Shown: in pieces, positions 19,018-28,101 of the stretch
Layout of the letters: the number at the start of each line of letters is the position of its first letter
Position numbering within the stretch: the first letter of the stretch is position 1
Assembly (NCBI GenBank): GCA_030432925.1
Contig: JAUILT010000003.1
Span: forward strand, 1 to 59,022
Reading direction: 5' to 3'
Length of the DNA stretch: 59,022 bases
Source: Bdellovibrionia bacterium
Lineage (GTDB): Bacteria; Bdellovibrionota; Bdellovibrionia; Bdellovibrionales; UBA1609
Notes under the pieces: model-generated
Database searches by the model: none
Seen by the model: only the letters and a program-made list of their open reading frames with translations
Told to the model about the DNA's origin: nothing
Program-made: the position numbers and the translations under genes

Positions 19018-19036
19018 GTAACCGAGTCGGTATAAC
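19018..19036 (+). repeat. Copy 2 (more diverged) of the recurrent motif
   Basis: Sequence gtaaccgagtcggtataac. It lies about 15 nt after the menE stop and abuts the stop of the convergent Cys-rich protein gene. Confidence 0.5.
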
Positions 19037-19037
19037 A

Positions 19038-19538
19038 TTAAGGGCGTAGAGTCCATCCATTAGTGAAGCAAGACCCTTGTTTGCAACGAATAACTTGAAG
19101 GCGCCCATCATACATATGGACATCCCAGCCATAGCGTTCACAATCGCTGGCGATACATTCTGCATAGCCGACTTCACGGCCCCGCCAGTCTTCAATGCTC
19201 CAGCCAGCTGTGAGGCAATTAAAGCCCAAGTTGGGATCCTCTTCGCAGCGAAAGCCACTCACCTTTTGACCATCACGGTTGTAGATGTTGAAACCCTCTG
19301 TCCAACAACCTCCTCTAAGGCAGGCCACTTCGCTTAAATACCGCCCATTATGGCGTTGAATCCAGCCATTGTCTTGACAGCTATTTCCGATACACTGAAC
19401 TTCTGAGGTCTGTTGAGACGGGTGATTCACAACTGTCCAGCCAGTATTCCAACAGTTATTGTTAGTGCAGGTAATATCGTAAGAGGCCAAGGCTAGCCCT
19501 GGTACAGTCAATACAAAATAAAAAATCCACGCTTTCAT
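19038..19538 (-). CDS. Secreted cysteine-rich protein with six C-x4(8)-C-x3-G-W repeats
   Basis: The signal peptide is MKAWIFYFVLTVPGLALA. Six ~25-aa repeats follow: CTNNNCWNTGW, CIGNSCQDNGW, CLRGGCWTEGF, CEEDPNLGFNCLTAGW, CIASDCERYGW and CKQGSCFTNGW. The mature part contains 12 Cys. Confidence 0.75.
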   Translation of the reverse strand: MKAWIFYFVLTVPGLALASYDITCTNNNCWNTGWTVVNHPSQQTSEVQCIGNSCQDNGWIQRHNGRYLSEVACLRGGCWTEGFNIYNRDGQKVSGFRCEEDPNLGFNCLTAGWSIEDWRGREVGYAECIASDCERYGWDVHMYDGRLQVIRCKQGSCFTNGWTLRP

Positions 19539-19703
19539 AGCCGCCCCCTATGTTCAAAGTGTGGTCTGATCCTATTTCAGGAAGTACTCCACGATCAAGC
19601 ATGGCGAAAGGGTATGCCGCACCTTTTTGCAACCCACTGAGTCAATTTTGGGTCGTATAACCTCATACCTGGCAACATCCGCAATTAAGGGGCCCGTTGA
19701 GAC

Positions 19704-20606
19704 CTAATGGGTTGAGGCAGGTAGGCGTCGATCCTCTTTACTAATGGATTGGGAGAACTTCTCTACAGCTTTTGGGTCTGCTTTGGAGGCGTTTAAAAAG
19801 CTCCAGAGTTTTAGATCATTCTCTATGGCTGTGATATTTTTTCTGTCGAAAAATTCATTGAGTTCAATAAATGAATCTTTATAGACCTTTCGACCTTCAT
19901 ATTCTACGTCTACAATCTTAAAATCGTCTTTTTCAAGCTGTACTAAAAACTTGAACCGCGCATTTCTTGAAAACTTTCGAATGGAGCATAGAACTTCTGG
20001 GGATTGGTGGGTGTGTACCCAAACCAATTTTTTGGAACAGTCATAAACGAGATTTTCTGTCTGATCCTTACAGGTATGTGAAGAATAACCAGTGATCACC
20101 ATTTTTGAAGGATTATTAATAGTCGCTTTTCTGATATTAGCAGGAAAGCGATCTTGAGCTCTATAGACTTCTTCTAATTCTCTCTTTCGCACGAGCCGAA
20201 ACATCGCTGTCATATAGCGAACTCGAACCCAATGGGTAAAAAGGTAGTGAATTTCAGAGCGTTTTAAAGGAGAGAGTTTTTTGATTTTTGGAATCAGGTT
20301 GATTCGATCAAGCCAGGTAGAAAGTGCAAAATAGTTATAAAGTGCAGACATTTGTTCTTGAATTTTTGTGGAGTCTACATAAATGAAGTTAGCATTTTTT
20401 CCTTTCACTGGCCGAAACTGATCGTGCAGTGTCGAAGTGGCTTTTTCTACAACAGTTCCTGGGTCAGCTCCATGTCTTTGTTTTTGAATTTTTACCTGTT
20501 GTTTCAGAACTGGCTGGCATGATGCAAAAGAAAAATCTCCACACAGCGTGATTGCGGCAGCAGTCAGACAAGGTATGAAAAAGCTATTTTTAAACCCAAA
20601 TACCAT
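19704..20606 (-). CDS. Exported or lipoprotein-like protein of unknown function
   Basis: 300-aa ORF with a hydrophobic N-terminus containing Cys residues (FIPCLTAAAITLCG). The C-terminal FKIVDVEYEGRKVYKDSF faintly resembles MlaC/Ttg2D-type lipid-binding proteins. That resemblance is not enough for a functional call. Confidence 0.55.
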   Translation of the reverse strand: MVFGFKNSFFIPCLTAAAITLCGDFSFASCQPVLKQQVKIQKQRHGADPGTVVEKATSTLHDQFRPVKGKNANFIYVDSTKIQEQMSALYNYFALSTWLDRINLIPKIKKLSPLKRSEIHYLFTHWVRVRYMTAMFRLVRKRELEEVYRAQDRFPANIRKATINNPSKMVITGYSSHTCKDQTENLVYDCSKKLVWVHTHQSPEVLCSIRKFSRNARFKFLVQLEKDDFKIVDVEYEGRKVYKDSFIELNEFFDRKNITAIENDLKLWSFLNASKADPKAVEKFSQSISKEDRRLPASTH

Positions 20607-20656
20607 GATTATTTATCGACATTTGGTGATTTTTCCCTAAACGTTTCAGGGCTTTA

Positions 20657-21424
20657 TTATTTTTTCTGGACAAGTGTCTCGACCTCACTCCTTAGGCTTT
20701 GCCGAAGGGCAAAAATGGAATTGCGTTTTTTGGAAAACCCTGGCCGTAGGTCCACTTTGAAGTTTTGGCTTTGTAAAGCACGTTTCAAATTTCCTGTAGC
20801 AGCATAAGTAGAAAGGATACATTCAGAGGAGGCGCAGGAGTGGAGAAACCTGGCAATAAACTCCGGTGTCCAAAAATCTGGTGCAGTTTTATTTGAGAAT
20901 GGATCAAAATAAATCAGGGTGCAGTGCCTAGGGAATGGGCCTTGAGTTGTTAATGCGCCTAAATGGTTTATATGACCAGTAAGACTCAAGTCGGTTATTT
21001 TTAAGCGAAGCTGATGAGGGTCGAGCTTTAAAAAATTAGATGTCAGTTCTAATATAGACTCATAAGTGGGAAAGAGCGGATGGGCAGAGGTAAGAGTTCC
21101 TTGTGCCCAGCTCTGAAAGCTTTGAACAAGAAACTCTTCATTTTCATAGGACTGAACCCTCAATTTAAGACCGTGTTGGAGACAGTAGCCAGCGCTAAGG
21201 ATTTCGTTGTAGCCGAGTCCAAGTCCCACAGATAAAATACGAACGGGGAGTGAAAGCTTATGAAGTCTTTGTAGGGCTTGTAAGTAAATATATTTGGATT
21301 CCTCAAAAGCTCCGTGCGAGCTATGCATCTGCTCGGCAACAGAGTCATATTGAATCTTCATAGAGGGGCTGCCGTCTTTAGTAGTGACAAGCTTCAAATG
21401 AGGGGGGAGTGAAATTGGACACAT
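20657..21424 (-). CDS. MnmD/MnmC-N-like SAM-dependent tRNA (mnm5s2U) methyltransferase (DUF752 type)
   Basis: LVTTKDGSPSM, HSSHGAFEES, ILSVGLGLGYN and YFDPFSNKTAPDFWT (the DAFSP..NP.LW-like motif) are present. I chose the start at Met-34 (21424) so that it does not overlap the divergent gene. Confidence 0.7.
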   Translation of the reverse strand: MCPISLPPHLKLVTTKDGSPSMKIQYDSVAEQMHSSHGAFEESKYIYLQALQRLHKLSLPVRILSVGLGLGYNEILSAGYCLQHGLKLRVQSYENEEFLVQSFQSWAQGTLTSAHPLFPTYESILELTSNFLKLDPHQLRLKITDLSLTGHINHLGALTTQGPFPRHCTLIYFDPFSNKTAPDFWTPEFIARFLHSCASSECILSTYAATGNLKRALQSQNFKVDLRPGFSKKRNSIFALRQSLRSEVETLVQKK

Positions 21425-21481
21425 AGAATATTTGTGCCTGAAAGGTTTGCATTTTTCAATCTCTGAGATTACACAAAAGGC

Positions 21482-22426
21482 ATGAACCCTTGGAAAGACA
21501 CTCCTTACTATCCCATTAGTCATTTTTACAAAGACTACTTTGGGGAAAAAGTTTACAAAGTTCCTGTCAGTACAGCAGAGACCTGCCCAAATCGTGAAGG
21601 GCTAAAGGGTATGAAAACCTGCAACTTCTGCGATGTCTGGGGATCAGCAGCCTACCCAGAGATTCGTGAAAAAAAACTGAAAGAACAAATTGAAACCACT
21701 AAATCCAGAATAAGTAGCATGTTCAATGCTAGAAAGTTTCTTGTGTACTTTCAGGCCTACACAAATACTTTTGAGAGGACGTCTCGATTGTCGGAGCAAT
21801 TTGAAACAGCATTTTCTTATGATGATATTGTTGGAGCTGTGGTGGGCACCAGGCCCGATTGTATATCCGATGCGGTTTTGAGGTTATGGAACCAATGGGT
21901 AGACACTCACTTTATGGCCGTGGAGATTGGGGTTCAAACCTTTAACAATGATCAATTGGAGTGGATGAGGCGTGGACATACGGCGGAAAAATCCTTTTGG
22001 GCCATTCAAAAAATTGCGCAAACTTGCCCAAAGGTGAATCTTGGTATTCATCTAATGTTTGGCCTTCCTGGCGAGACCGATAAGCAGATTGTTGAAACTG
22101 CAAAATTGGTGAACTCACTGCCCATACAGAACGTAAAGCTGCATAATTTACATGTATTAAAAAACACCCCTCTAGAAGAAGATTATAATAATGGAAGCTT
22201 TAAGCCTATAGGCAGAGAGCAGTACTTTGAAAGGTGTTGTATTTTTCTGCAGCACCTTTCTCCCAAAGTTGCCGTCCATAGGCTGTCAGCTTTGAGTAAG
22301 CATGTGGATGAGTTGGTAGCTCCTCAGTGGACCTCACGAAAGATGGAAATGTATCAGTATATGTTGGACTTGATGAAATCGAAAGGAAGTTGGCAGGGGC
22401 AGTTGTTCAGCCCAACACAGTTCTGA
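21482..22426 (+). CDS. TIGR01212-family radical SAM protein
   Basis: KVPVSTAETCPNREG...CNFCDVWGS is an unusual radical-SAM Cys cluster, and the overall length and layout match the YhcC/TIGR01212 family. Confidence 0.78.
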   Translation: MNPWKDTPYYPISHFYKDYFGEKVYKVPVSTAETCPNREGLKGMKTCNFCDVWGSAAYPEIREKKLKEQIETTKSRISSMFNARKFLVYFQAYTNTFERTSRLSEQFETAFSYDDIVGAVVGTRPDCISDAVLRLWNQWVDTHFMAVEIGVQTFNNDQLEWMRRGHTAEKSFWAIQKIAQTCPKVNLGIHLMFGLPGETDKQIVETAKLVNSLPIQNVKLHNLHVLKNTPLEEDYNNGSFKPIGREQYFERCCIFLQHLSPKVAVHRLSALSKHVDELVAPQWTSRKMEMYQYMLDLMKSKGSWQGQLFSPTQF

Positions 22427-23399
22427 GTTCATCTCCTTTTTTTTCCAACTCTCCAGGGGGGTGATAGAGGCTGCCATGGGGGATCTCGGGGGTAGAGCCG
22501 TACTTCCTCAGCCAGGACAAAAACTCTCGTTCTTCTCCTCGGCAGATCATTTGCCGTGTTTTCCCCTTTTCCCTTATGGTGTCGCCAATGATCCGCACAC
22601 TCTCTTTTGGTATTTGCGTTTGATACTTTTTTGAGGCGATCAAATAAGAAAAGGTCAAAGTCCGGTTGGTCATGGGAAGCTGATTTTCTAGTTTTTGAAA
22701 CCAATCAGGAGATTTTAGGTGAATTCGATCATGGCACCAGTCTTTTTTGGAATGAATGAGCAGTGGACAGTCACTTTGATGAATACAAGGCGCCAGTATC
22801 TGAAAGCCAGCATTGATAAGCGGTTGTCGCAGTTGCATCAGTCTTCTCGCATGAGTCTTCGTAGATGGTTCCAGTAGAATCAGGTTGTCGGCATCCATAA
22901 AAAAATGAGGCACTGTATTCAATTCATTCAGTGAGTAGGAGGCAATCACAGTTTCTGGGTTTTTATTAATCTTGCTTTCTGAGCTTATCCACTCAGAGTC
23001 GGTGATAGGTCTACTAAGCAGGTGTTGGTGAAATTTTCGTGCCTCTTTGTCTTGCTCTAGAAAAATCCACTGTGTTTTTTCAAAGACCTCGTTCCAAGCT
23101 AATTCGCTGGAGCCCAGGCCACTACCAAAATCCAAAACTGTCGCCGAATAAAATTCTGGAACCACTTCCTTGAGTGATTGTAGTACGGCAATCATACGAA
23201 CCACATTGAGAGCATGAAAGTATACTAGGTAGGCCTGCTGTCTTTGTGGTTCACCCCAGGGTGTGATGCTATCTCTCGCTTGAAAATTATCAGACATCCA
23301 TAAGATGGCCTCTGTAATATATTTTGGAACTTTCATTTTTGGAAATTGGCTAGAGATTTGATTCTGTAGACTGTCGGGAAAACTAAAACTTCGTTTCAC
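22407..23399 (-). CDS. Rsm22-like SAM-dependent methyltransferase
   Basis: VLDFGSGLGSS, ASYSLNEL and the C-terminal Cys cluster CIHQSDCPL...WCHD are typical of the Rsm22/COG5459 family. It overlaps the upstream gene convergently by 20 nt. Confidence 0.65.
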   Translation of the reverse strand: MKRSFSFPDSLQNQISSQFPKMKVPKYITEAILWMSDNFQARDSITPWGEPQRQQAYLVYFHALNVVRMIAVLQSLKEVVPEFYSATVLDFGSGLGSSELAWNEVFEKTQWIFLEQDKEARKFHQHLLSRPITDSEWISSESKINKNPETVIASYSLNELNTVPHFFMDADNLILLEPSTKTHARRLMQLRQPLINAGFQILAPCIHQSDCPLLIHSKKDWCHDRIHLKSPDWFQKLENQLPMTNRTLTFSYLIASKKYQTQIPKESVRIIGDTIREKGKTRQMICRGEEREFLSWLRKYGSTPEIPHGSLYHPPGELEKKGDELRTVLG

Positions 23400-24385
23400 A
23401 AATACTCCTCAGAGATCTTTTGAAACACCAATTCTACTTCTATAGTGGCCATGCAGTGTTTATCTTCAGCTAAGTTTAAGGATGGGGTAAAAATCAATGC
23501 TCTTTCATTCAAAGGTCCCCAGCGAGAGGCCCGCTCTGGCTGCCGAGGGCTGTAGAAACCCACCACGGGAGTCTTCAGCCCTGATGCTAGATGAATGATG
23601 CCAGTGCTCGGAGCTATGACAAAGCGAGCTTTGTCTAGAGTGACAAGCAGCTGTTGTGGAGTCATTTTTTCTTGCAGCCAGTAAATATTGGGTTGGGAGC
23701 TTAAAGCATCACGTAGAGGCTGTGTCCAGGGGCGGTCTGATGGGGAGCCCGTTACTACAATAGGTATTTTTTCAGAAAGTTTTTTTGTCAGTGCTACGTA
23801 GTTTTCTACGGGCCAATTCAGAGCGGACCCCATCATCCCTGGGTGAACAACACAAAATTCTTTGGGCAATGAGAAAGGGGAGGTTAATTTAGGTGCAGAA
23901 AGTTTAGGAAAGGTGACATTAAGAGGTGGGATCTGACCAGCCAAACCTTTAGAAATTAATTCCCAATTGTAGGCACTTTCATGTTTGTCAGCAAGGCTGC
24001 GCTTTTGTCGAACTCCTTTATTAAAAAAGAAAAACGAATGCCATTGGCTCCAGCGTCCAGCACGCGCGGGAATTCCTGCAAACAGCAATGCCAGGCCAAC
24101 AAACCAGGGGGCTTGAAACACTACTGAAGAGTCAGCACCAGAGTTTTTAAAGTCTCGTACCAGTTGTAAAAAACCCCTTATTGAAAAGGCCTTGTCGGCT
24201 TCTATGTAGTTTTTTCGATGGGGACTACTCTCAAGAACCCAGCCAAGCCCCTTGCTGATCACCCATAGATAGTCTCGCTGCTGAAACCAGGGGTGATCGG
24301 AAGCATTCAGGCTGACCACCAGGTCGCCAATTTTATCCATTCGGATCAACAGGGTTTTGGGTTTATGGGAGTTTTCCATCATCAT
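23396..24385 (-). CDS. Glycosyltransferase family 9 (LPS heptosyltransferase-like)
   Basis: LLIRMDKIGDLVVSL at the N-terminus and a PSTGIIHLASGLKTPVVGFY ending, typical of GT9. Confidence 0.8.
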   Translation of the reverse strand: MMMENSHKPKTLLIRMDKIGDLVVSLNASDHPWFQQRDYLWVISKGLGWVLESSPHRKNYIEADKAFSIRGFLQLVRDFKNSGADSSVVFQAPWFVGLALLFAGIPARAGRWSQWHSFFFFNKGVRQKRSLADKHESAYNWELISKGLAGQIPPLNVTFPKLSAPKLTSPFSLPKEFCVVHPGMMGSALNWPVENYVALTKKLSEKIPIVVTGSPSDRPWTQPLRDALSSQPNIYWLQEKMTPQQLLVTLDKARFVIAPSTGIIHLASGLKTPVVGFYSPRQPERASRWGPLNERALIFTPSLNLAEDKHCMATIEVELVFQKISEEYL

Positions 24386-24463
24386 GTAAATTCACTATGT
24401 CATAAGCCTTTCGTGGAGTCCACCTTGACCATAGCTTCAGGGGAGGGCACATTGTGGGGCACT

Positions 24464-25117
24464 ATGAGTGGGTCTTTACAGGTGTCCGAACAGATTGTTG
24501 AAGTGTGCCGCAGGCTTTGGGAGCGCAATATGCTTGCGGCTGCCGATGGTAATATCAGTTATCGAATCAGTGATTCAGAGATTTTGATCACTCCTTCGGG
24601 AGTTTCGAAGGCATTTATGAAACCAAAAGACATGGCCGTCATTAACCTGGAGGGAGAGGTTTTAAAAGGGCAACCCTCATCAGAAAGACTCATGCACTTG
24701 GCTGTGTATAGAGCCTCTGAGCAGGCTCGTTGTGTGGTGCATGCTCATCCCCCTCATGCCATCTCTTGGTCAGTGGCCCGACCGGCCATGAAGGAGCTTC
24801 CGGCAGAATGTTTGTCTGAGGTGATTTTAGCCTGCGGGAGCATTCCAGTAGTGCCGTTTGCCACTCCTTCCACCAATGAAATGGGGGATCATTTGCTGCC
24901 ATTTTTGCCAGACTACCGGGTGATGATCTTGGCCCGACATGGAGGGTTGAGTTGGGGAGAGTCCTTGGATGAAGCCTGGAGAGGAATGGAGCGCCTAGAG
25001 CATTCAGCTCAGATCTTGTGGCTTTCAGAAACTCTGGGAGGCTTGACGATGTTACCTGATGAAGTTGTAAAGAGACTAAGAGATATGAGAAAAAATATAG
25101 GATTTCAAACGTTATGA
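24464..25117 (+). CDS. Class II aldolase/adducin-family protein (MtnB-like methylthioribulose-1-phosphate dehydratase candidate)
   Basis: I chose the start at ATG 24464. DGNISYR, VVHAHPPHA and LARHGGLSWG are present. It lies directly upstream of mtnA with an overlapping stop and start. Confidence 0.7.
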   Translation: MSGSLQVSEQIVEVCRRLWERNMLAAADGNISYRISDSEILITPSGVSKAFMKPKDMAVINLEGEVLKGQPSSERLMHLAVYRASEQARCVVHAHPPHAISWSVARPAMKELPAECLSEVILACGSIPVVPFATPSTNEMGDHLLPFLPDYRVMILARHGGLSWGESLDEAWRGMERLEHSAQILWLSETLGGLTMLPDEVVKRLRDMRKNIGFQTL

Positions 25118-26145
25118 AGGCTTTTGCGACCCTGGCTTTGAGATTTCAAGGTGAGCATGTGGAATTGTTGGATCAAACACGTATTCCTGCAGAGGAGTGC
25201 TGGCTTTGTATTGAAACTGTGGAGCAGATGTTTGAAGCTATTCGTTCTTTGAGAGTTCGGGGGGCACCTCTGATTGGGGTGGCGGCGGCGATATTTTTGG
25301 CCCGCTACTTTGAATCTGGTGCCTCCGTGATGGATTTGAAAATAGCAGCAGAGCGGTTGCGAAGTGCCAGACCCACAGCAGTGAATCTGATGTACTGTAT
25401 TGATCATTTGATAGCTTGCATTAAGAAAGATCCTTCGGGAGAGTCTTTTGTGGCAGCTGCTGAGCAGTTATTAGATGAAGACATTCAATTGTGTGAAACC
25501 ATTGGACGTGTAGGTGCAGAAAAAATTGCAGATGGTGATGGTATTCTTCACCACTGCAATACTGGAGGGCTGGCTACAGCGGGGCGGGGAACAGCTCTGG
25601 GTGTGATTCAAACGGCATTTGAACAGGGAAAAGGTATCCACGTATATGTGGATGAAACTCGCCCCCTGCTTCAGGGGGGGCGCTTGACGGCTTGGGAGTT
25701 GAAAAAACTGGGAATTCCTTACACGATTATTTGCGACAATATGGCAGCTGGCTTGATGAGAGAGGGTAAGATTCAAAAAGCTATCGTTGGTGCTGATCGT
25801 ATTGCCATGAATGGAGACTTTGCCAACAAAACCGGAACTTACAGCGTGGCTGTGAGCTGTCAATACCATGGTATTCCTTTCTACACAGCGGCTCCCGTGA
25901 CGACATTGGACTTTAACTGTGAGTCCGGGGGGGATATCCCCATCGAACAGCGAAAGCCAGAAGAGGTGCGAGGGGCGGCGGGTTCTTTTGGTGAAGTGAT
26001 TTGGTCTCCGGAAGATGCTCTTGTTTATAATCCGGCATTTGATGTCACTCCAGCAGATCTGGTGTCGGGTTGGATTTTGGATAAAGGATTTTTTAATCAA
26101 ATCATGGTTCGAGAGGGCCAGTTAAAAAACTTGAAACAGGAGTAA
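25114..26145 (+). CDS. mtnA: S-methyl-5-thioribose-1-phosphate isomerase
   Basis: RVRGAPLIGV, RPTAVNL, HHCNTGGLATAG, VDETRPLLQGGRLTAWEL, GADRIA.NGD and NPAFDVTP. Confidence 0.9.
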   Translation: MKAFATLALRFQGEHVELLDQTRIPAEECWLCIETVEQMFEAIRSLRVRGAPLIGVAAAIFLARYFESGASVMDLKIAAERLRSARPTAVNLMYCIDHLIACIKKDPSGESFVAAAEQLLDEDIQLCETIGRVGAEKIADGDGILHHCNTGGLATAGRGTALGVIQTAFEQGKGIHVYVDETRPLLQGGRLTAWELKKLGIPYTIICDNMAAGLMREGKIQKAIVGADRIAMNGDFANKTGTYSVAVSCQYHGIPFYTAAPVTTLDFNCESGGDIPIEQRKPEEVRGAAGSFGEVIWSPEDALVYNPAFDVTPADLVSGWILDKGFFNQIMVREGQLKNLKQE

Positions 26146-26149
26146 ATCT

Positions 26150-26998
26150 ATGTGGGCAGTTATTGGTGGATCGGGGTTCGAAAAGTTTGATAGTTTCAAA
26201 TTTATTGAAGAGTTGGATCGGGATACTCCATTTGGTCAGGCATCTACAGGGTTGAAAAAGGTAGAGATCAATGGTGAGCAGTGTTTGTTTCTTTCTCGGC
26301 ACGGCAGTCAACATGAGCTGTTGCCCAGTGAGGTGAATTATCGAGCTAATATTTTTGTGTTAAAGAAATATGGAGCCAAAGCCATTATTACATTTTCCGC
26401 TGTCGGCTCTTTAAGAAAAAAACTAAAACCTGGTGATATGGTTGTGGCAACCCAATACATTGATCGCACCAAGGGCATTAGAAAACATACATTTTGTGGT
26501 GAAGGTGTGGTGGGTCATATGTCTTTGGCTAAACCTGTCGATCATAGCATGGTGAAAAAACTGAAAGAACTCTGTCATAAGCGTTCTTGGGACTGTCACT
26601 TTGACAAAACCTATATCTGTATGGAAGGGCCCAACTTTTCTACCGTTGCTGAATCAGAGATGTACCGAGAGTGGGGTGCAGATATTATTGGAATGACTCA
26701 TTATCCGGAATATGGTTTGGCCCGTGAAGCAGGTCTGTCTTACTTGCCATGTTGCTTTGTTACGGACTACGACTGTTGGGACCAAGGCCGACCTCACGTA
26801 ACTCTGGAAGAAGTGATTGAGGTCATGAGAAACAACAATGCTAAAGCTTTTGAGCTTTTAGGAGATGTTCTCAAAACTGGTGATAATCTTTATAAAGATG
26901 CTACGTGCTCAGGTGAAGGGTTAAAAATGGGCTTAATGACTCCTTGGGAATTGGTTCCTAAGGATAAAAAGCCTTGGCTGGAAATATTGAGAGGCTGA
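26150..26998 (+). CDS. mtnP: S-methyl-5'-thioadenosine phosphorylase
   Basis: VIGGSG, FLSRHG, AVGSL, EGPNFST.AES and IGMTHYPEYGLAREAG. Confidence 0.88.
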   Translation: MWAVIGGSGFEKFDSFKFIEELDRDTPFGQASTGLKKVEINGEQCLFLSRHGSQHELLPSEVNYRANIFVLKKYGAKAIITFSAVGSLRKKLKPGDMVVATQYIDRTKGIRKHTFCGEGVVGHMSLAKPVDHSMVKKLKELCHKRSWDCHFDKTYICMEGPNFSTVAESEMYREWGADIIGMTHYPEYGLAREAGLSYLPCCFVTDYDCWDQGRPHVTLEEVIEVMRNNNAKAFELLGDVLKTGDNLYKDATCSGEGLKMGLMTPWELVPKDKKPWLEILRG

Positions 26999-27248
26999 GC
27001 TTGGCACGACATCTGCACGAGGAGAATGTCAGGAATATAGACAAAAAACCTTAATTAATGCAGAGGATACAAAGACTTAAGTCAAGAGATGGGAGCTTTG
27101 GTCCGATACAGAGGGATGGCATCTCAGGAGGCACGATGAAAACAAAAGTTTTGTTTCCCATTAAAAAGCGATTGGAACCTAAATTTTGGAGTTTTAAACT
27201 AAAAACTCATTAGAAATAGTACAACATCTTAGAAGAGGGGGGGAATTT

Positions 27249-27854
27249 ATGATTCGGTACTTTTTTTTGGCGGGACTTGTTCTGCTGGCACCAATGGCCT
27301 TTTCGAGCGAAATTGAAGGCTACAAATTTGAAGATAAAATCACTGTGGACGGCAAAGAGTTATTTTTAAATGGTGTTGGGCTAAGAACTGTTCGTCGTTT
27401 TGGATTGAAGTTTAAAGTTTATGTAGCGGGCCTTTATGTGGAAAAACAATCTACCAGCGCTAAAGAGATTATGGAAAGCGAGGGTGTCGTTCACTTAAAA
27501 TCTTATTATATGCGTGAAGTCACTAAAAAACAGCAAAGAGAGCCTTTTCGTGAGGCTGTTCGCAAGAACTGCTATGCGGACTGCAGTGGCTCTAAAAAGA
27601 AAATTTTTCAAATTATTAATGCTGTCAAGCGAACCAAAGAAGGGGGAGCCTTTGATTTTACGTTCTACCCAGATAAGGTAAAATTCTTTATGGATGGTTC
27701 CAACTCCAAGTCTGAGGTAGAGGTGAAAGGTGCGGATTTTTCTAAGGATATGCGGGCTATCTGGATTGGTCCAGAGCCACCGAATGAAAGTTTGAAGGCA
27801 GGCCTTTTAGGAAAAGGCATGGATTGGGTGCGAGCGACTCAAAGTAAAGAGTGA
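27249..27854 (+). CDS. Exported chalcone-isomerase-like (CHI-fold) protein
   Basis: A signal peptide, then LFLNGVGLRTVRRFGLKFKVYVAGLYVE, which is typical of bacterial Chalcone_3 proteins. Confidence 0.7.
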   Translation: MIRYFFLAGLVLLAPMAFSSEIEGYKFEDKITVDGKELFLNGVGLRTVRRFGLKFKVYVAGLYVEKQSTSAKEIMESEGVVHLKSYYMREVTKKQQREPFREAVRKNCYADCSGSKKKIFQIINAVKRTKEGGAFDFTFYPDKVKFFMDGSNSKSEVEVKGADFSKDMRAIWIGPEPPNESLKAGLLGKGMDWVRATQSKE

Positions 27855-28028
27855 TCTAGAATTGTTGTCCAAACCATGGGGGGAAGGGAGATTTCAAAAA
27901 TTGTCACTTTCCCACCGTGGTCTCACGCAGAGCCAACGACAAGACCCTTGCAATACGCGCAGTCGTAGCCTTGGTAAGGCGTATTTTTTGTCATAAGTGA
28001 CGCTTTTTGTGGTACCCACTACAAATAC

Positions 28029-28054
28029 GAAGAGCTTTTTCTTGAAAGCTCTTC
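28029..28054. other. Perfect 10-bp inverted repeat (hairpin or palindromic operator)
   Basis: GAAGAGCTTT (28029-28038), 6-nt loop ttcttg, AAAGCTCTTC (28045-28054). No T-run follows on the plus strand. Confidence 0.6.
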
Positions 28055-28063
28055 AGGAATTAT

Positions 28064-28087
28064 GGGTTAAACTGGATCGGTATAAAT
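28064..28087 (+). repeat. Copy 3 of the recurrent motif
   Basis: Sequence gggttaaactggatcggtataaat. It lies 10 nt after the 10-bp hairpin and ~100 nt upstream of the ATP-grasp gene. Confidence 0.65.
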
Positions 28088-28101
28088 ACTTTTAATGCTT
28101 T

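Noticed and set aside
19590-19630. AAAGG...CCTTT stem followed by a T-run on the plus strand
   Set aside because: The stem is 5 bp with a 10-nt loop, and there is no plus-strand gene upstream for it to terminate. On the minus strand it lacks a T-run.
25471-26100. 209-aa ORF on the minus strand
   Set aside because: It is entirely antisense to mtnA, which has unambiguous family motifs along its whole length. The antisense product is Cys/Ser/Arg-rich and has no motif. It is typical of a shadow ORF.
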